64,000 nucleotides of DNA from Thermodesulfobacteriota bacterium (GCA_049323635.1 JBMONS010000035.1:2744-66743); one strand, 5' to 3'. Numbered from the stretch's first letter, positions 28,903-38,676 are shown. The notes: generated by a model not told the origin, from the letters alone. Numbers and translations are program-made.

Positions 28903-30780
28903 ATGAGTTCCGAAGCACACGCCCCCCAGTCCGAGACCAAGGAGTTTCAGGCCGAAGTCAGGAAGATGCTCGACATCGTCATCCACTCGCTCTATACGGA
29001 AAAGGAGATCTTCCTGCGGGAGCTGATCTCCAACTCCGCCGACGCCCTGGAGAAGTTCCGCCACCAGTCGGTGGTGGAGAGCGAGGTGTTCGACAGCCAT
29101 CTGCCGCTGGAGATCACCATCGACTTCGACGCCGACAAGCACACCATCACCATCATCGACACCGGCATCGGCATGGACCGGGGGGAGCTGGAGGCGAACC
29201 TGGGCACCATCGCCCACTCCGGCTCCAAGACCTTCTTCACCCAGCTGGCCGAGACGGATCGCAAGAACGTCAACCTGATCGGCCAGTTCGGGGTCGGCTT
29301 CTACGCCGCCTTCATGGTGGCGGACAAGGTGACGGTACGCTCCCGCTCCTGGCGGATGGACGATGTCGGCCACCAGTGGGTCTCGGACGGGGCCGGCTCC
29401 TACACCATCTCGCTCTGCCCGGGCATCCGGCGCGGCACCTCCATCATCCTGGAGCTCAAGGAGGACGCCCACACCTTTGCCAACGAGCACACCATCCGCC
29501 AGATCATCAAGCGCTACTCCAGCTTCGTACCCTTCCCGATCAAACTGAAGGACGAGGCGGTCAACACGGTGCAGGCGCTGTGGACCCGCGGCAAGAGCGA
29601 GATCAAGGACGAGGAGTACACCGAGTTCTACAAGTTCGTGGCCAACGCCTTCGACGACCCGCGCGCCAGGCTGCATTTCTCCGCCGACGCGCCGCTGGCC
29701 ATCAAGGCCCTGCTCTTCGTGCCCAACGACAATCTGGAGACCATGGGCTTCGGTCGCATGGATCCGGGGGTGAACCTCTACTGCCAGCGGGTGCTCATCG
29801 AGCAGCACAGCAAGACCATTCTGCCGGAGTGGCTCCGCTTCCTGCGCGGCGTCATCGACAGCGAGGACCTGCCGCTCAACATCTCGCGCCAAGCCTTGCA
29901 GGACAACGCCCTGGTCGCGAAGATCAACAAGGTGGTGACCAAGCGGTTCCTGAAATTCCTGGAGGAGATGGCCACAAGCGAGCCGGAAAAATACCGGGAA
30001 CTCTGGGGCCATTTCGGGGTCTTTTTGAAGGAAGGCGTGATCTCCGACTTCGCCTACCGGGAAGAACTGGGCAAACTCCTGCGCTTCGAGTCCTCCAAGA
30101 CCGAACCAGGCAGCCTTACCTCGCTCAATGAATATGTGGAGCGCATGGGCGAGGACCAGAAGGAGATCTACTACATCAACGGCCCCAGCCGGGAGGCCAT
30201 CGAGAACGGGCCCTACGTGGAGGCCTTCAAGAAGCGCAACATCGAGGTGCTCTACACCCTAGAGCCCATCGACGACTTCGCCATGAGCCACCTGGGCTCC
30301 TTCAGCGAGAAGAAGCTGGTTTCCGCCGACCGGGGCGACATCGAGCTGCCCGACGCGCCGGAGACCGAGGCTTCCGAGGAGAAGAAGGCCGAGGCCATGC
30401 CCCAGAGCGACACCGAGTCGCTCTGCGCCTGGATGAAAGAGGTGCTGGGCGACCGGGTCAAGGAGGTGGCCGCCTCCAAGCGCCTCACCGACAGCCCGGC
30501 CATCATCGTCAACCAGGATGGCTTTGTGACCGCCAGCATGGAGCGGATCATGCGCGCCTCGGGCCAGGGGCTGCCGGGGCTTGCCCCGAAAACCCTGGAG
30601 ATCAACCCGGGCCATGCCCTGATCAAGGGACTGCTGGCCTTGAAGGCAAAAGACAACGAAGTGGCGGCGAGCATCGCCGAACAGATCTTCGACAACGCCA
30701 TGATCCAGGCGGGGCTGATGGTGGAGCCCCGCTCCATGGTGGCCCGCACCTACAAGCTGCTGGAAAAGCTGGTGGGATAG
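28903..30780 (+). CDS. htpG: molecular chaperone HtpG (Hsp90)
   Basis: EFQAEVRKMLDIVIHSLYTEKEIFLRELISNSADALEKFRH and IGQFGVGFYAAFMVADKV are classic Hsp90 N-domain motifs. RBS GAGGAGAG lies upstream of the ATG at 28903. Confidence 0.95.
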   Translation: MSSEAHAPQSETKEFQAEVRKMLDIVIHSLYTEKEIFLRELISNSADALEKFRHQSVVESEVFDSHLPLEITIDFDADKHTITIIDTGIGMDRGELEANLGTIAHSGSKTFFTQLAETDRKNVNLIGQFGVGFYAAFMVADKVTVRSRSWRMDDVGHQWVSDGAGSYTISLCPGIRRGTSIILELKEDAHTFANEHTIRQIIKRYSSFVPFPIKLKDEAVNTVQALWTRGKSEIKDEEYTEFYKFVANAFDDPRARLHFSADAPLAIKALLFVPNDNLETMGFGRMDPGVNLYCQRVLIEQHSKTILPEWLRFLRGVIDSEDLPLNISRQALQDNALVAKINKVVTKRFLKFLEEMATSEPEKYRELWGHFGVFLKEGVISDFAYREELGKLLRFESSKTEPGSLTSLNEYVERMGEDQKEIYYINGPSREAIENGPYVEAFKKRNIEVLYTLEPIDDFAMSHLGSFSEKKLVSADRGDIELPDAPETEASEEKKAEAMPQSDTESLCAWMKEVLGDRVKEVAASKRLTDSPAIIVNQDGFVTASMERIMRASGQGLPGLAPKTLEINPGHALIKGLLALKAKDNEVAASIAEQIFDNAMIQAGLMVEPRSMVARTYKLLEKLVG

Positions 30781-30790
30781 AAGAACGGTT

Positions 30791-30824
30791 GCGCCGATGC
30801 CCGGCGGTGGCGGGGCATCGGCGC
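30791..30824 (+). terminator. perfect 12-bp GC-rich hairpin downstream of htpG
   Basis: GCGCCGATGCCC-(10 nt loop)-GGGCATCGGCGC, starting 11 nt after the htpG stop. No U-tract follows. Confidence 0.5.
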
Positions 30825-30877
30825 ACTTGACAAATAGCTTTACTCATACTTGACTACAGCTGCATAATCATGGCGGC

Positions 30878-31015
30878 ATGGCTCCGTCCGAGCTGTGGAC
30901 CGCGATGGGCGTCTCCCCCGCCAAGGCGCGATGGATCTGCTCCGCCCCTGCTTGAGGCCGGCCTGCTGAAAAAGGTCGCCGGTAAAAAACGGACGTTATA
31001 CCCTGTGCAACCCAT
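30878..31015 (+). pseudogene. decayed fragment resembling the C-terminal winged-helix tail of a regulator
   Basis: Three short pieces in three frames read ELWTAMGVSPAKAR / DLLRP / LLEAGLLKKVAGKKRTLYPV. Joined together they resemble a wHTH recognition helix plus wing. There is no intact ORF. Confidence 0.3.
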
Positions 31016-31036
31016 GAACTTGCGGAGCCCTTGGCC

Positions 31037-32776
31037 ATGACAACGGATACCGCAGCCTTGCTTGTCATGCTTGAACAACTCCTCGCCCTTCCTCGGGAAG
31101 CGGCCACGGTGGAGTTCAAAGCAAACTGGGACAACCCACTGGACATAGGCCAGTATCTCTCCGCCCTGGCAAACGCTGCCGTGCTGGAACGGCACGACCG
31201 GGCATGGCTGGTCTGGGGGGTGGACAACGCAACCCACGCCGTGACTGGCACGTCCTTCAATCCATTCACGGCCAAAGGCGAAGGGAATCAATCCCTTGTC
31301 ATGTGGCTGACCCAGAAAACCTCGCCGCGCCCGGACTTTCAATTCCACGAGATCGCGCACCCGGACGGACGGCTGGTGATGCTCGAAATTCATCCTCCCC
31401 GCACCGCACCCCTAGCCTTTCAGGGCGTTCGCTATATCCGTATCGATAGCCACAAAACAAAACTGTCTGAGCATCCGGACAAGGAGGTACGTCTCTGGGA
31501 GGGGATGGGGGGGATGGAAGACTGGACCGGCCAAGTCGTTCCCGATGCCTCCCTGGATGATCTGGCTCCGGAAGCTGTCACTTTTGCCCGCGCCAAGTTC
31601 ACCGAATACCTGCTCAAAAACGAACAAGACACAAGCCGGCACGGCAAAATCAGGGAAGAGGCGTCAGCATGGGATGTGGCGACCCTGCTGAACAAGGCGC
31701 GCATCACCAGGCAGGGGAGGATTACCCGCGCCGCGCTTCTGCTGCTTGGCCGGGATGAGGCAGCGCATTTTCTGGCTCCGGCGGATGTGAAGATTAGCTG
31801 GATTCTGCGCGACTACCAGAACCAGCATATTGGCGGCCAGCACTTCTTCATGCCTCTGCTGATGGCCTCGGAGGCGCTCTTCAAACGCCTCCGGAATGTT
31901 TCCATGGAATACCTGCCAGACGGCACCCTCTTTCCAACGCCGATATCACAATATGACCCATGGGTCATTCGCGAGGCATTGCACAACTGCATAGCACACC
32001 AGGATTACCGGCTTGGCGGAAAAATCAACGTGGTCGAGCATCCGGACCGGCTGGTCTTTGCAAATCTCGGGTCCTTCATCCCGCCCAGTGTCGAATGGAT
32101 GCTGGAACACCAGTCTCCGCCGGAGCATTACCGCAATCAGTGGCTGATCAACGGCATGGTGCGATTGAGAATGATCGACCAGCTCGGCAGTGGCATCCGA
32201 CGGATGTTCGAAACTCAACGCGCACGCTTCTTCCCCTTGCCAGACTATGACATAGAGGCGGATGTGACAACAAAACCACGGGTCGAAGTCTCAGTAAACG
32301 GGAAGATTCTGGATGCCAACTATACTCAGGTCTTGATGAAAAGGCGTGACCTGACACTTTCGCAGGTTATCCTGCTCGATCGAATACAGAAACACCGAAA
32401 AATCTCGCCCGATGGGGCAAAATTGCTCCGGGCTGCGAAATTGATCGAAGGCCGCGCTCCTAACTATTTCGTTTCGGCCAAAGTCGCAGAATGGACGGGG
32501 CAAAAAGCACGTTACATCCGCAATAGGGCCTTGGACGATGATTATTACCGCAGGCTCGTTGTTGAATATCTTCAAAAATACAAGCGCGCCAATCGCAAGG
32601 AACTGGATGAACTGCTACTGCCCAAACTATCCGAGGTGCTGACGTATGAACAGAAGCGGCACAAGACAAGGAACCTGATCCAATCCCTGCGCGGGGCGGG
32701 AACCATCCGCAACGCCGGCACTAGGGGAGCCCCCTTGTGGGTTCTTGCCGACGGTAGCCACAGCTTTGCTAAATGA
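31037..32776 (+). CDS. AlbA_2 (Schlafen-like divergent AAA) / HATPase_c_4-type putative DNA/RNA-binding ATPase-regulator with a C-terminal wHTH
   Basis: N-terminus: EAATVEFKANWD...LSALANAAVLERHDRAWLVWGVDN, typical of AlbA_2 domain proteins often annotated as RecG-like transcriptional regulators. The middle has REALHNCIAHQDY...GSGIRRM. The gene is visibly lower in GC than its flanks. Confidence 0.65.
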   Translation: MTTDTAALLVMLEQLLALPREAATVEFKANWDNPLDIGQYLSALANAAVLERHDRAWLVWGVDNATHAVTGTSFNPFTAKGEGNQSLVMWLTQKTSPRPDFQFHEIAHPDGRLVMLEIHPPRTAPLAFQGVRYIRIDSHKTKLSEHPDKEVRLWEGMGGMEDWTGQVVPDASLDDLAPEAVTFARAKFTEYLLKNEQDTSRHGKIREEASAWDVATLLNKARITRQGRITRAALLLLGRDEAAHFLAPADVKISWILRDYQNQHIGGQHFFMPLLMASEALFKRLRNVSMEYLPDGTLFPTPISQYDPWVIREALHNCIAHQDYRLGGKINVVEHPDRLVFANLGSFIPPSVEWMLEHQSPPEHYRNQWLINGMVRLRMIDQLGSGIRRMFETQRARFFPLPDYDIEADVTTKPRVEVSVNGKILDANYTQVLMKRRDLTLSQVILLDRIQKHRKISPDGAKLLRAAKLIEGRAPNYFVSAKVAEWTGQKARYIRNRALDDDYYRRLVVEYLQKYKRANRKELDELLLPKLSEVLTYEQKRHKTRNLIQSLRGAGTIRNAGTRGAPLWVLADGSHSFAK

Positions 32777-32911
32777 AAACGGATCGGATCGTCTAGCTAA
32801 TGGCCAGCCAGTCATCTCCAATGCCAACTTATTGATATCATTATTTACTTGAACAACACACAATTAAACTTCAATCCAGATCCCCAGCAGACCTCCCAGA
32901 GACGGCCACCC

Positions 32912-33847
32912 ATGATCCAAGTAGAAAACCTCTCAAAATCCTACGACGAGGTGGAGGCGCTCTCCGGCGTCTCCTTCTCTGTGCGGGCCGGCGAGGTGAT
33001 CGGCCTGCTGGGCCCCAACGGCGCCGGCAAGACCACCCTCATGAAGATCCTGGCCGGCTATCTCCACCAGGACGCGGGCAGCGCCAAGGTGGACGGCCTT
33101 GAGGTGCTGGACCAGCCCGAGGCGGTGCAGGCCAGGATCGGCTACCTGCCGGAAAACGCCCCCCTCTATCCGGAGCTGACCGTGCAGTCGTCACTCCGGA
33201 TGATGGCCGACCTGCGGGGGATCCTCAAGCCCGAGCAGAAGGCGCGGATCTCCGAGGCGGTCCACGCGGTGGGGCTTGCCGACCGGCTGACCCGCCCCAT
33301 CGCCACCCTGAGCAAGGGCTTTCGCCAGCGGGTGGGTCTGGCGCAGGCCATCCTGCACCGGCCCAGCCTGTTGATCCTGGACGAACCCACCAACGGCCTC
33401 GACCCGACCCAGATCGTCGAGGTGCGCCATCTGATCAAAAAACTCGCCCGGCAGAGCACCGTGCTCCTCTCCACCCACATCCTTCCCGAGGTGGAGGCCA
33501 CCTGCGACCGGGCGATCATCATCATGCAGGGCCAGGTCCGGGCCGATGCCCGCCTTTCCGAGCTGGCCGCCACCGCCGACGCCTTGGTCACCATCAGCAA
33601 TGCCTCCACCGAAGCGGCCCTGGCCGGGCTCGCCGCCCTGCCCGGCGCCCGCCACGCCGAGCTCCTGGAGGAGGCCGAGGGCCGGGGCCGCTACCGGGTG
33701 CATGGCGACACCGACCTCGATCTCTGCCCGGCCATCTTCCAGCTGGCCAGCCAGAGCGGCTGGGTGCTCCACGAGCTTAGGCGGGAGGTCCGCACCCTGG
33801 AGGCGGTCTTCAACGCGCTGGCCCAGGGCCAGGGAGGTGTGCAATGA
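32912..33847 (+). CDS. ABC transporter ATP-binding protein (ABC-2/GldA-like)
   Basis: Walker A GPNGAGKTT, signature LSKGFRQRV, Walker B LLILDEPTNGLD. The ATG at 32912 is preferred over the upstream TTG. Confidence 0.9.
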   Translation: MIQVENLSKSYDEVEALSGVSFSVRAGEVIGLLGPNGAGKTTLMKILAGYLHQDAGSAKVDGLEVLDQPEAVQARIGYLPENAPLYPELTVQSSLRMMADLRGILKPEQKARISEAVHAVGLADRLTRPIATLSKGFRQRVGLAQAILHRPSLLILDEPTNGLDPTQIVEVRHLIKKLARQSTVLLSTHILPEVEATCDRAIIIMQGQVRADARLSELAATADALVTISNASTEAALAGLAALPGARHAELLEEAEGRGRYRVHGDTDLDLCPAIFQLASQSGWVLHELRREVRTLEAVFNALAQGQGGVQ

Positions 33848-36741
33848 CCCAGACCATGGCCATGGCCAAAAAGGAGCTCAAGGCCTACTTCGGCTCGCCC
33901 ATGGCGGCCATATTCATCGGCGCCTTCCTGCTCTGCGCCCTCTTCTCCTTCTTCTGGCTGGAATCGTTCTTTGCGCGCAACCTGGCCGACATCCGGCCGC
34001 TCTTTGGCTGGATGCCGCTCCTGCTCCTCTTTCTCTCCGCGGCCCTCACCATGCGCCAGTGGAGCGAGGAGCAGAAGATGGGCACCCTGGAGGTGCTCCT
34101 CACCCTGCCGGTGCCCTTCTCCCGCCTGGTGGTCGGCAAGTTCCTGGCGGTGCTCGCCCTGGTCGGCCTCTCCCTCTGCCTCACCCTCGGCCTGCCGCTG
34201 ACGGTGGCCATCCTGGGCGACCTGGACTGGGGGCCGGTCCTCGGCGGCTACCTGGGCGCGCTGCTCATGGCTTCGGCCTATATCGCCATCGGCCTCTTTG
34301 TCTCCTCCCGCACCGACAACCAGATCATTGCCCTGATTTCCACGGTGCTGTTGAGCACCCTCTTCTACCTGCCCGGCGCGAGCGGCGTCACCCATCTGCT
34401 GGGCAACCAGGCCGGCGAGTTCTTCCGGTCGCTCGGCACCGGCGGCCGCTTCCTGAGCATCGAGCGCGGGGTGATCGACCTGCGCGACCTGGCCTACTAC
34501 CTCTCCATCACCGCCTTCTTCCTGGCCGCCAACGTCGCCTCTCTGGCCAGCCAGCGCTGGAGCCAGGGCGAACGCAGCCAGGGTCTGCGGCGGGCCGCCC
34601 TCCTTGGAGTCGTCCTCCTCGGGGCCAACCTGCTGGCCGCCAACCTCTGGCTGGCCAAGACGCGCCCCGTCCGGCTCGATCTCACCCAGCAGCGCGAGTT
34701 CTCCATCTCCCAGCCCACCCGCGACCTGATCGAGAACCTGCCCGAGCCGCTGGAACTGCGCGGCTACTTCAGCGAGAAGACCCACCCGCTCCTGGCCCCG
34801 CTCATGCCGCGCATCCGCGACCTGATGGAGGAGTACCGTGTTGCCTCCGGCGGCAAGGTCAAGGTCTCCTTTGTCGATCCCAAGTTCGATCAGGCCGCCG
34901 AGGCCGAGGCCAACCAGCTTTACGGCATCAAGCCGGCGCCGTTCCAGGTGGCGGGCCGCTACGAGACGGCGGTGGTCAACTCCTACTTCAACATCCTGGT
35001 GCGTTACGGCGACCAGTTCGTCACCTTGGGCTTCAGCGACCTGATCGAGGCGCGGCCCCGGCCGGACGGCCAGATGGAGGTGGGGCTCCGGAACCTGGAG
35101 TACGACCTGAGCAAGTCCATCAAAAAGGTGGTGCTCGGCTTCGAGTCCCTGGACACCATCCTGGCCCGCGCCGCCAAGCCCATGGCCCTGACCCTGGTGG
35201 CCACCCCCGCCACCCTGCCCGGCCAGCTGGCCGACCTGCCCACCAACATCCGAGACGTGGCGGACGGCTTGGTCAAGGAGTCGCAGGGCAAGCTCTCCTT
35301 CACCCTGCTCGACCCGGATGCGCCGGGCGCTACGCTCAACCGCGGCCAGGCGGCGGAGAAGTTCGCCATCCAGCCCATTGCCGCTTCGCTCCTTGACAAA
35401 AAGGAGTTCTTCCTTCATCTGCTCCTGGCTGCCGGCGAGCGGCAGGAACGGGTCTACGTGGACGGCGCCATGGGCCCGGCCGAGATCCGCCAGGAGATCG
35501 AGGCGGCCATCAAGCGCACCTCCTCGGGATTCCTCAAGACCGTGGGCATCTGGACCCCCACCCCGGCCATGGAGATGATGATGCAGAACCCCGGCGGCCA
35601 GTACCGCTTCTGCCAGCAGCTCCTTCAGGAGAACTACAACGTCATGCCGGTGGATCTCAAGGGCGGCCACGTACCCGGCGAGGTAGACGTGCTGCTGCTG
35701 GTGGCGCCCCAGGGGATGAACGACCTGGAACGGCTGGCCATCGATCAGTACCTGATGCGGGGCGGCAGCGTGGTGGCCCTGGCCGGCGGCCAGGTGCTCG
35801 ACCTGACCCCGGGCGGCCAGACCCTGCATCTGCGGCCGGTGAAGGACGGCATCGCGACGCTGCTGGCCCGCTACGGGGTGACCATCGGGAAGGGCCTGGT
35901 GATGGACCGCCAGAACGAGCCCTTCCCCATCCCGGTGACCCGCGACCTGGGCGGCGTGCTGGTCCAGGAGATCCGGCAGATGGCCTACCCCTTCTTCGTG
36001 GACGTCCATGGCGACGGCATGGCCAAGGGCAACCCGGCCCTGGCCTCGCTGCCCTCGGTGACCCTGCACTGGCCCTCGCCGCTCACAGTGGACCAGGAGA
36101 AGGCCAAGGGGCTCGAACAGGTGACCCTGCTCGCCTCAAGCCCCCGCTCCTGGCTGCGGGACGACCTCGCCATCCAGCCGGACTTTGGCCGCTACCCGGA
36201 GCTTGGCTTTGCCGAGGAACAGGCCAAGGGCAGCCAGACCCTGGCCGTGTCGCTCAAGGGCTCCTTTGCGAGCGCCTTTGCCGGCCAGCCCGACCCGCGC
36301 CTGACCGCGCCGCCCCCGGAACCCAAGGGACCGGAGCAGGGGCATGCCCATGACGACAAGCCGGGCAAGGCCGCGGCCGCCATCCCCATGGCGCCGCTGC
36401 TCCAGCGCTCGCCCGACTCGGCGCGCCTGGTGGTGGTGGGCAGCTCCGAGTTCGCGAGCGACATGGTGATCTCCATCGCCCAGTCCACCGGCCAGGACCG
36501 TATCTTGAACAGCCTGGGCTTCCTGCAGAACCTCATCGACTGGTCGGTGGAGGACGAGGCGTTGCTCTCCATCCGCTCACGCGGCAGCCACACCCGCCTC
36601 CTGCCCCAACTGAGCCGTCACGAACAGGCCTTCTGGGAGTGGCTCAACTATGGCCTGGCCCTGCTGGCCCTGCTCCTGGCCGCCTGGCACGGCAGCCGGA
36701 GACACCAGCGGGAAGAACCGATGGAACTGGACGCGGCGTGA
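33844..36741 (+). CDS. fused ABC-2 permease (GldF-like) and GldG-like auxiliary domain protein
   Basis: ATGA overlap with the ATPase gene. The N-terminal ~240 aa hold six TM helices of ABC-2 type. The large extracytoplasmic region resembles the ABC_transp_aux/GldG family, and there is a C-terminal TM helix. Confidence 0.75.
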   Translation: MTQTMAMAKKELKAYFGSPMAAIFIGAFLLCALFSFFWLESFFARNLADIRPLFGWMPLLLLFLSAALTMRQWSEEQKMGTLEVLLTLPVPFSRLVVGKFLAVLALVGLSLCLTLGLPLTVAILGDLDWGPVLGGYLGALLMASAYIAIGLFVSSRTDNQIIALISTVLLSTLFYLPGASGVTHLLGNQAGEFFRSLGTGGRFLSIERGVIDLRDLAYYLSITAFFLAANVASLASQRWSQGERSQGLRRAALLGVVLLGANLLAANLWLAKTRPVRLDLTQQREFSISQPTRDLIENLPEPLELRGYFSEKTHPLLAPLMPRIRDLMEEYRVASGGKVKVSFVDPKFDQAAEAEANQLYGIKPAPFQVAGRYETAVVNSYFNILVRYGDQFVTLGFSDLIEARPRPDGQMEVGLRNLEYDLSKSIKKVVLGFESLDTILARAAKPMALTLVATPATLPGQLADLPTNIRDVADGLVKESQGKLSFTLLDPDAPGATLNRGQAAEKFAIQPIAASLLDKKEFFLHLLLAAGERQERVYVDGAMGPAEIRQEIEAAIKRTSSGFLKTVGIWTPTPAMEMMMQNPGGQYRFCQQLLQENYNVMPVDLKGGHVPGEVDVLLLVAPQGMNDLERLAIDQYLMRGGSVVALAGGQVLDLTPGGQTLHLRPVKDGIATLLARYGVTIGKGLVMDRQNEPFPIPVTRDLGGVLVQEIRQMAYPFFVDVHGDGMAKGNPALASLPSVTLHWPSPLTVDQEKAKGLEQVTLLASSPRSWLRDDLAIQPDFGRYPELGFAEEQAKGSQTLAVSLKGSFASAFAGQPDPRLTAPPPEPKGPEQGHAHDDKPGKAAAAIPMAPLLQRSPDSARLVVVGSSEFASDMVISIAQSTGQDRILNSLGFLQNLIDWSVEDEALLSIRSRGSHTRLLPQLSRHEQAFWEWLNYGLALLALLLAAWHGSRRHQREEPMELDAA

Positions 36742-36752
36742 GGAGACCAGCC

Positions 36753-37706
36753 ATGAACAGACGCAATCTCTTTCTGGTGATCCTGCTGGCCGTGCAACTG
36801 GCGCTGCTGGCGATTCTTTCCTTCACCAACGGCAAGGGCGACGCGCAGCGGCTCACTTTTTTGGCGGGGGTCACCCCGGAACGGATCACCGGCCTTGAGA
36901 TCGACGGCGAGGGGGGCAAGGGGCTCCGGCTGGCCAGGGCAGCGGATGGCTGGCGCATCACCTCCCAGGACAACCTGCCGGTGGAGCAGGAACGGATCGA
37001 CAAGGCCCTGGCCACGCTGACCGCCCTCTCCTCCAATCAGCTGGTCACCCGCACCAGCGAGAGCCACGGCCGCTTCCTCGTCGCCGAGCAGCGCTTCCGC
37101 CAGCGGCTGACCGTGAGGCTGGGCGACGGCAGCAAGAAGGTGCTCTACCTGGGCAGCGCGCCCTCCTTCAAGGCCACCCATGTCCGCCTGGAAGGCGACC
37201 AGCGCATCTTCCTGGTCCGCGACTTCTCCGCCCTGGATCTGCCGCTGGAGGCCGCCTCCTGGTGGAAGAGCGGCTATGTGGATGTGCCGGAGGACACGCT
37301 TACCCGAATCCGCATCGCGAACAGCCATGGGACCCTGGTGCTGAGCCGCCAGCCCGGCGGCAAGTGGGAGATGACCGAACCCAAGGGAACCGTCGATCCG
37401 GCCCGGGCCCAGGCCCTGGTGGACAAGGTGCGCCGGATCGTGCTCTCCGAATATCTGGGACAGGAGGACAAGGATGCCCATGGCCTGAAAACGCCGACAG
37501 CCACCCTCTCCCTGACCACCGAGGCCGGGGAGATTGTGCTGCGGGTGGGGGCCGCCGACCCGAGCGGCACGGGCCTCGTTATCAAGTCCTCCGCCTCGCC
37601 CTCCTTTGCCAGGGCAAGCAAGGCGGCGCTGGCCGGGGTGCTGGACGCCAGGGCCGAGGCGCTGTTGCTGGGGAGCGCGCCCACGCCGGCGAAAGATCAA
37701 AAATAG
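36753..37706 (+). CDS. DUF4340-like protein (partner of GldG-type ABC systems)
   Basis: N-terminal TM anchor (LFLVILLAVQLALLAILSF) and repeated beta-rich modules. Its position directly after a GldG-like gene is typical for DUF4340. Confidence 0.6.
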   Translation: MNRRNLFLVILLAVQLALLAILSFTNGKGDAQRLTFLAGVTPERITGLEIDGEGGKGLRLARAADGWRITSQDNLPVEQERIDKALATLTALSSNQLVTRTSESHGRFLVAEQRFRQRLTVRLGDGSKKVLYLGSAPSFKATHVRLEGDQRIFLVRDFSALDLPLEAASWWKSGYVDVPEDTLTRIRIANSHGTLVLSRQPGGKWEMTEPKGTVDPARAQALVDKVRRIVLSEYLGQEDKDAHGLKTPTATLSLTTEAGEIVLRVGAADPSGTGLVIKSSASPSFARASKAALAGVLDARAEALLLGSAPTPAKDQK

Positions 37707-37830
37707 CGATACGCGATAGAGATAAAACCAATATTTCCTATTGGGCTTTTTCCCGTCTCCTCCTTACAATGGCGGAATGACCGGCCGGGATCTCCCCGGC
37801 CACCACATCCATCACCGGGAGGATTCTCGC

Positions 37831-38181
37831 ATGCTGCTCACCCACGCCATCCGCCGGGCCGCCGGCCTGCTCGTTGTCCTGTTTGCTCTCCTGTCGCTGC
37901 TCGCCGCCTGCACCGGCGCAAGCAGCGACACCAGTAGCGCCCTGCAACCCGACGGCAGCCGGATCGCCAAGGGCAAGGTGATCGAGGTGACCGAGGCCAT
38001 GGTCACGATCAAGCCGCCGGCCGGCGCGGCGGTCCAGGCGCGGCTCACCCCGGAAACCCGCTACAGCGGCGTGGCCGCGGGCCAGATCAAGAAGGGTCAG
38101 GCGTTGGAGATTCGCTACAAAACGGAGGGGATGGCCAACACCGCCATCAGTGTCACCGCCATCAAGGAAGGATCGTGCTGA
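37831..38181 (+). CDS. small lipoprotein
   Basis: Lipobox LLAAC after a hydrophobic signal. RBS GGGAGG lies 8 nt upstream of the ATG at 37831. 116 aa. Confidence 0.6.
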   Translation: MLLTHAIRRAAGLLVVLFALLSLLAACTGASSDTSSALQPDGSRIAKGKVIEVTEAMVTIKPPAGAAVQARLTPETRYSGVAAGQIKKGQALEIRYKTEGMANTAISVTAIKEGSC

Positions 38182-38202
38182 AACAGAACAACGACCACTG
38201 CA

Positions 38203-38238
38203 AAAAACCCGCCCGGCCCTGAGCCCGGCGGGGGTTTT
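38203..38238. terminator. bidirectional rho-independent terminator
   Basis: A-run, a CCCGCC(C)GG / CCGGCGGG stem with an 8-nt loop, then TTTT. It lies between the convergent lipoprotein gene and gspG. Confidence 0.6.
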
Positions 38239-38247
38239 CGGTTCGGG

Positions 38248-38676
38248 TCACTCCCAGCTGCGTATATCGCTGTCCTCGTTGTCGCCGCCGGGCTTGTTGT
38301 CCTTGCCGAACGAGTAGATGTCCACCTCCCCGTGCTCGCCGGGGTTCTGGTAGAAGTAGGCATTGCCCCAGGGATCGTAGGGCACCGCCTTCTTGAGGTA
38401 AGGCCCCTTCCAGCTCTTCCCGCCGCCGGAGGGTTCCACCACCAGGGCGGCCAGCCCCTCCTGCTGGGAAGGATAACGGCCCATGTCCTTTTTAAAGGAG
38501 GCCAACCCGTCCATCAGCATCTTGATCTGGGTCTTGGCGGTCTGCTGCTGGGCCCGCCCGAAGTTGCCGAAGATCTTCGGCCCGATCAGGGAGCCGATGA
38601 ACCCCAGGATGAAGAGGGTCACCAGCAGTTCCAGAAAAGTGAATCCGCGACTGCAGTTTTTCGTGCGCAGCATCAT
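38248..38676 (-). CDS. gspG: type II secretion major pseudopilin GspG-like protein
   Basis: Prepilin leader and N-methylation site RGFTFLELLVTLFILG, and GspG core TQIKMLMDGLASFKKDMGRYP...PYDPWGNAYFY...SFGKDNKPGG. Confidence 0.8.
   Translation of the reverse strand: MMLRTKNCSRGFTFLELLVTLFILGFIGSLIGPKIFGNFGRAQQQTAKTQIKMLMDGLASFKKDMGRYPSQQEGLAALVVEPSGGGKSWKGPYLKKAVPYDPWGNAYFYQNPGEHGEVDIYSFGKDNKPGGDNEDSDIRSWE

Noticed and set aside
30854-31393. A 179-aa minus-strand ORF at the island boundary
   Set aside because: It overlaps the 5' part of the AlbA_2-type gene in antisense, has no RBS or motifs, and the plus-strand gene has a clear family signature.
33691-36069. A 792-aa minus-strand ORF; similar long ORFs at 48256-50748 (+), 21692-24487 (+), 19053-21080 (+), 16610-18208 (+) and 51909-53837 (+)
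   Set aside because: All are antisense to genes with strong family signatures (ABC permease/GldG, topA, kinases/TBDR, TPR genes, rpoD). They have arginine/glycine/proline-rich, domain-free translations and are GC-content artefacts.
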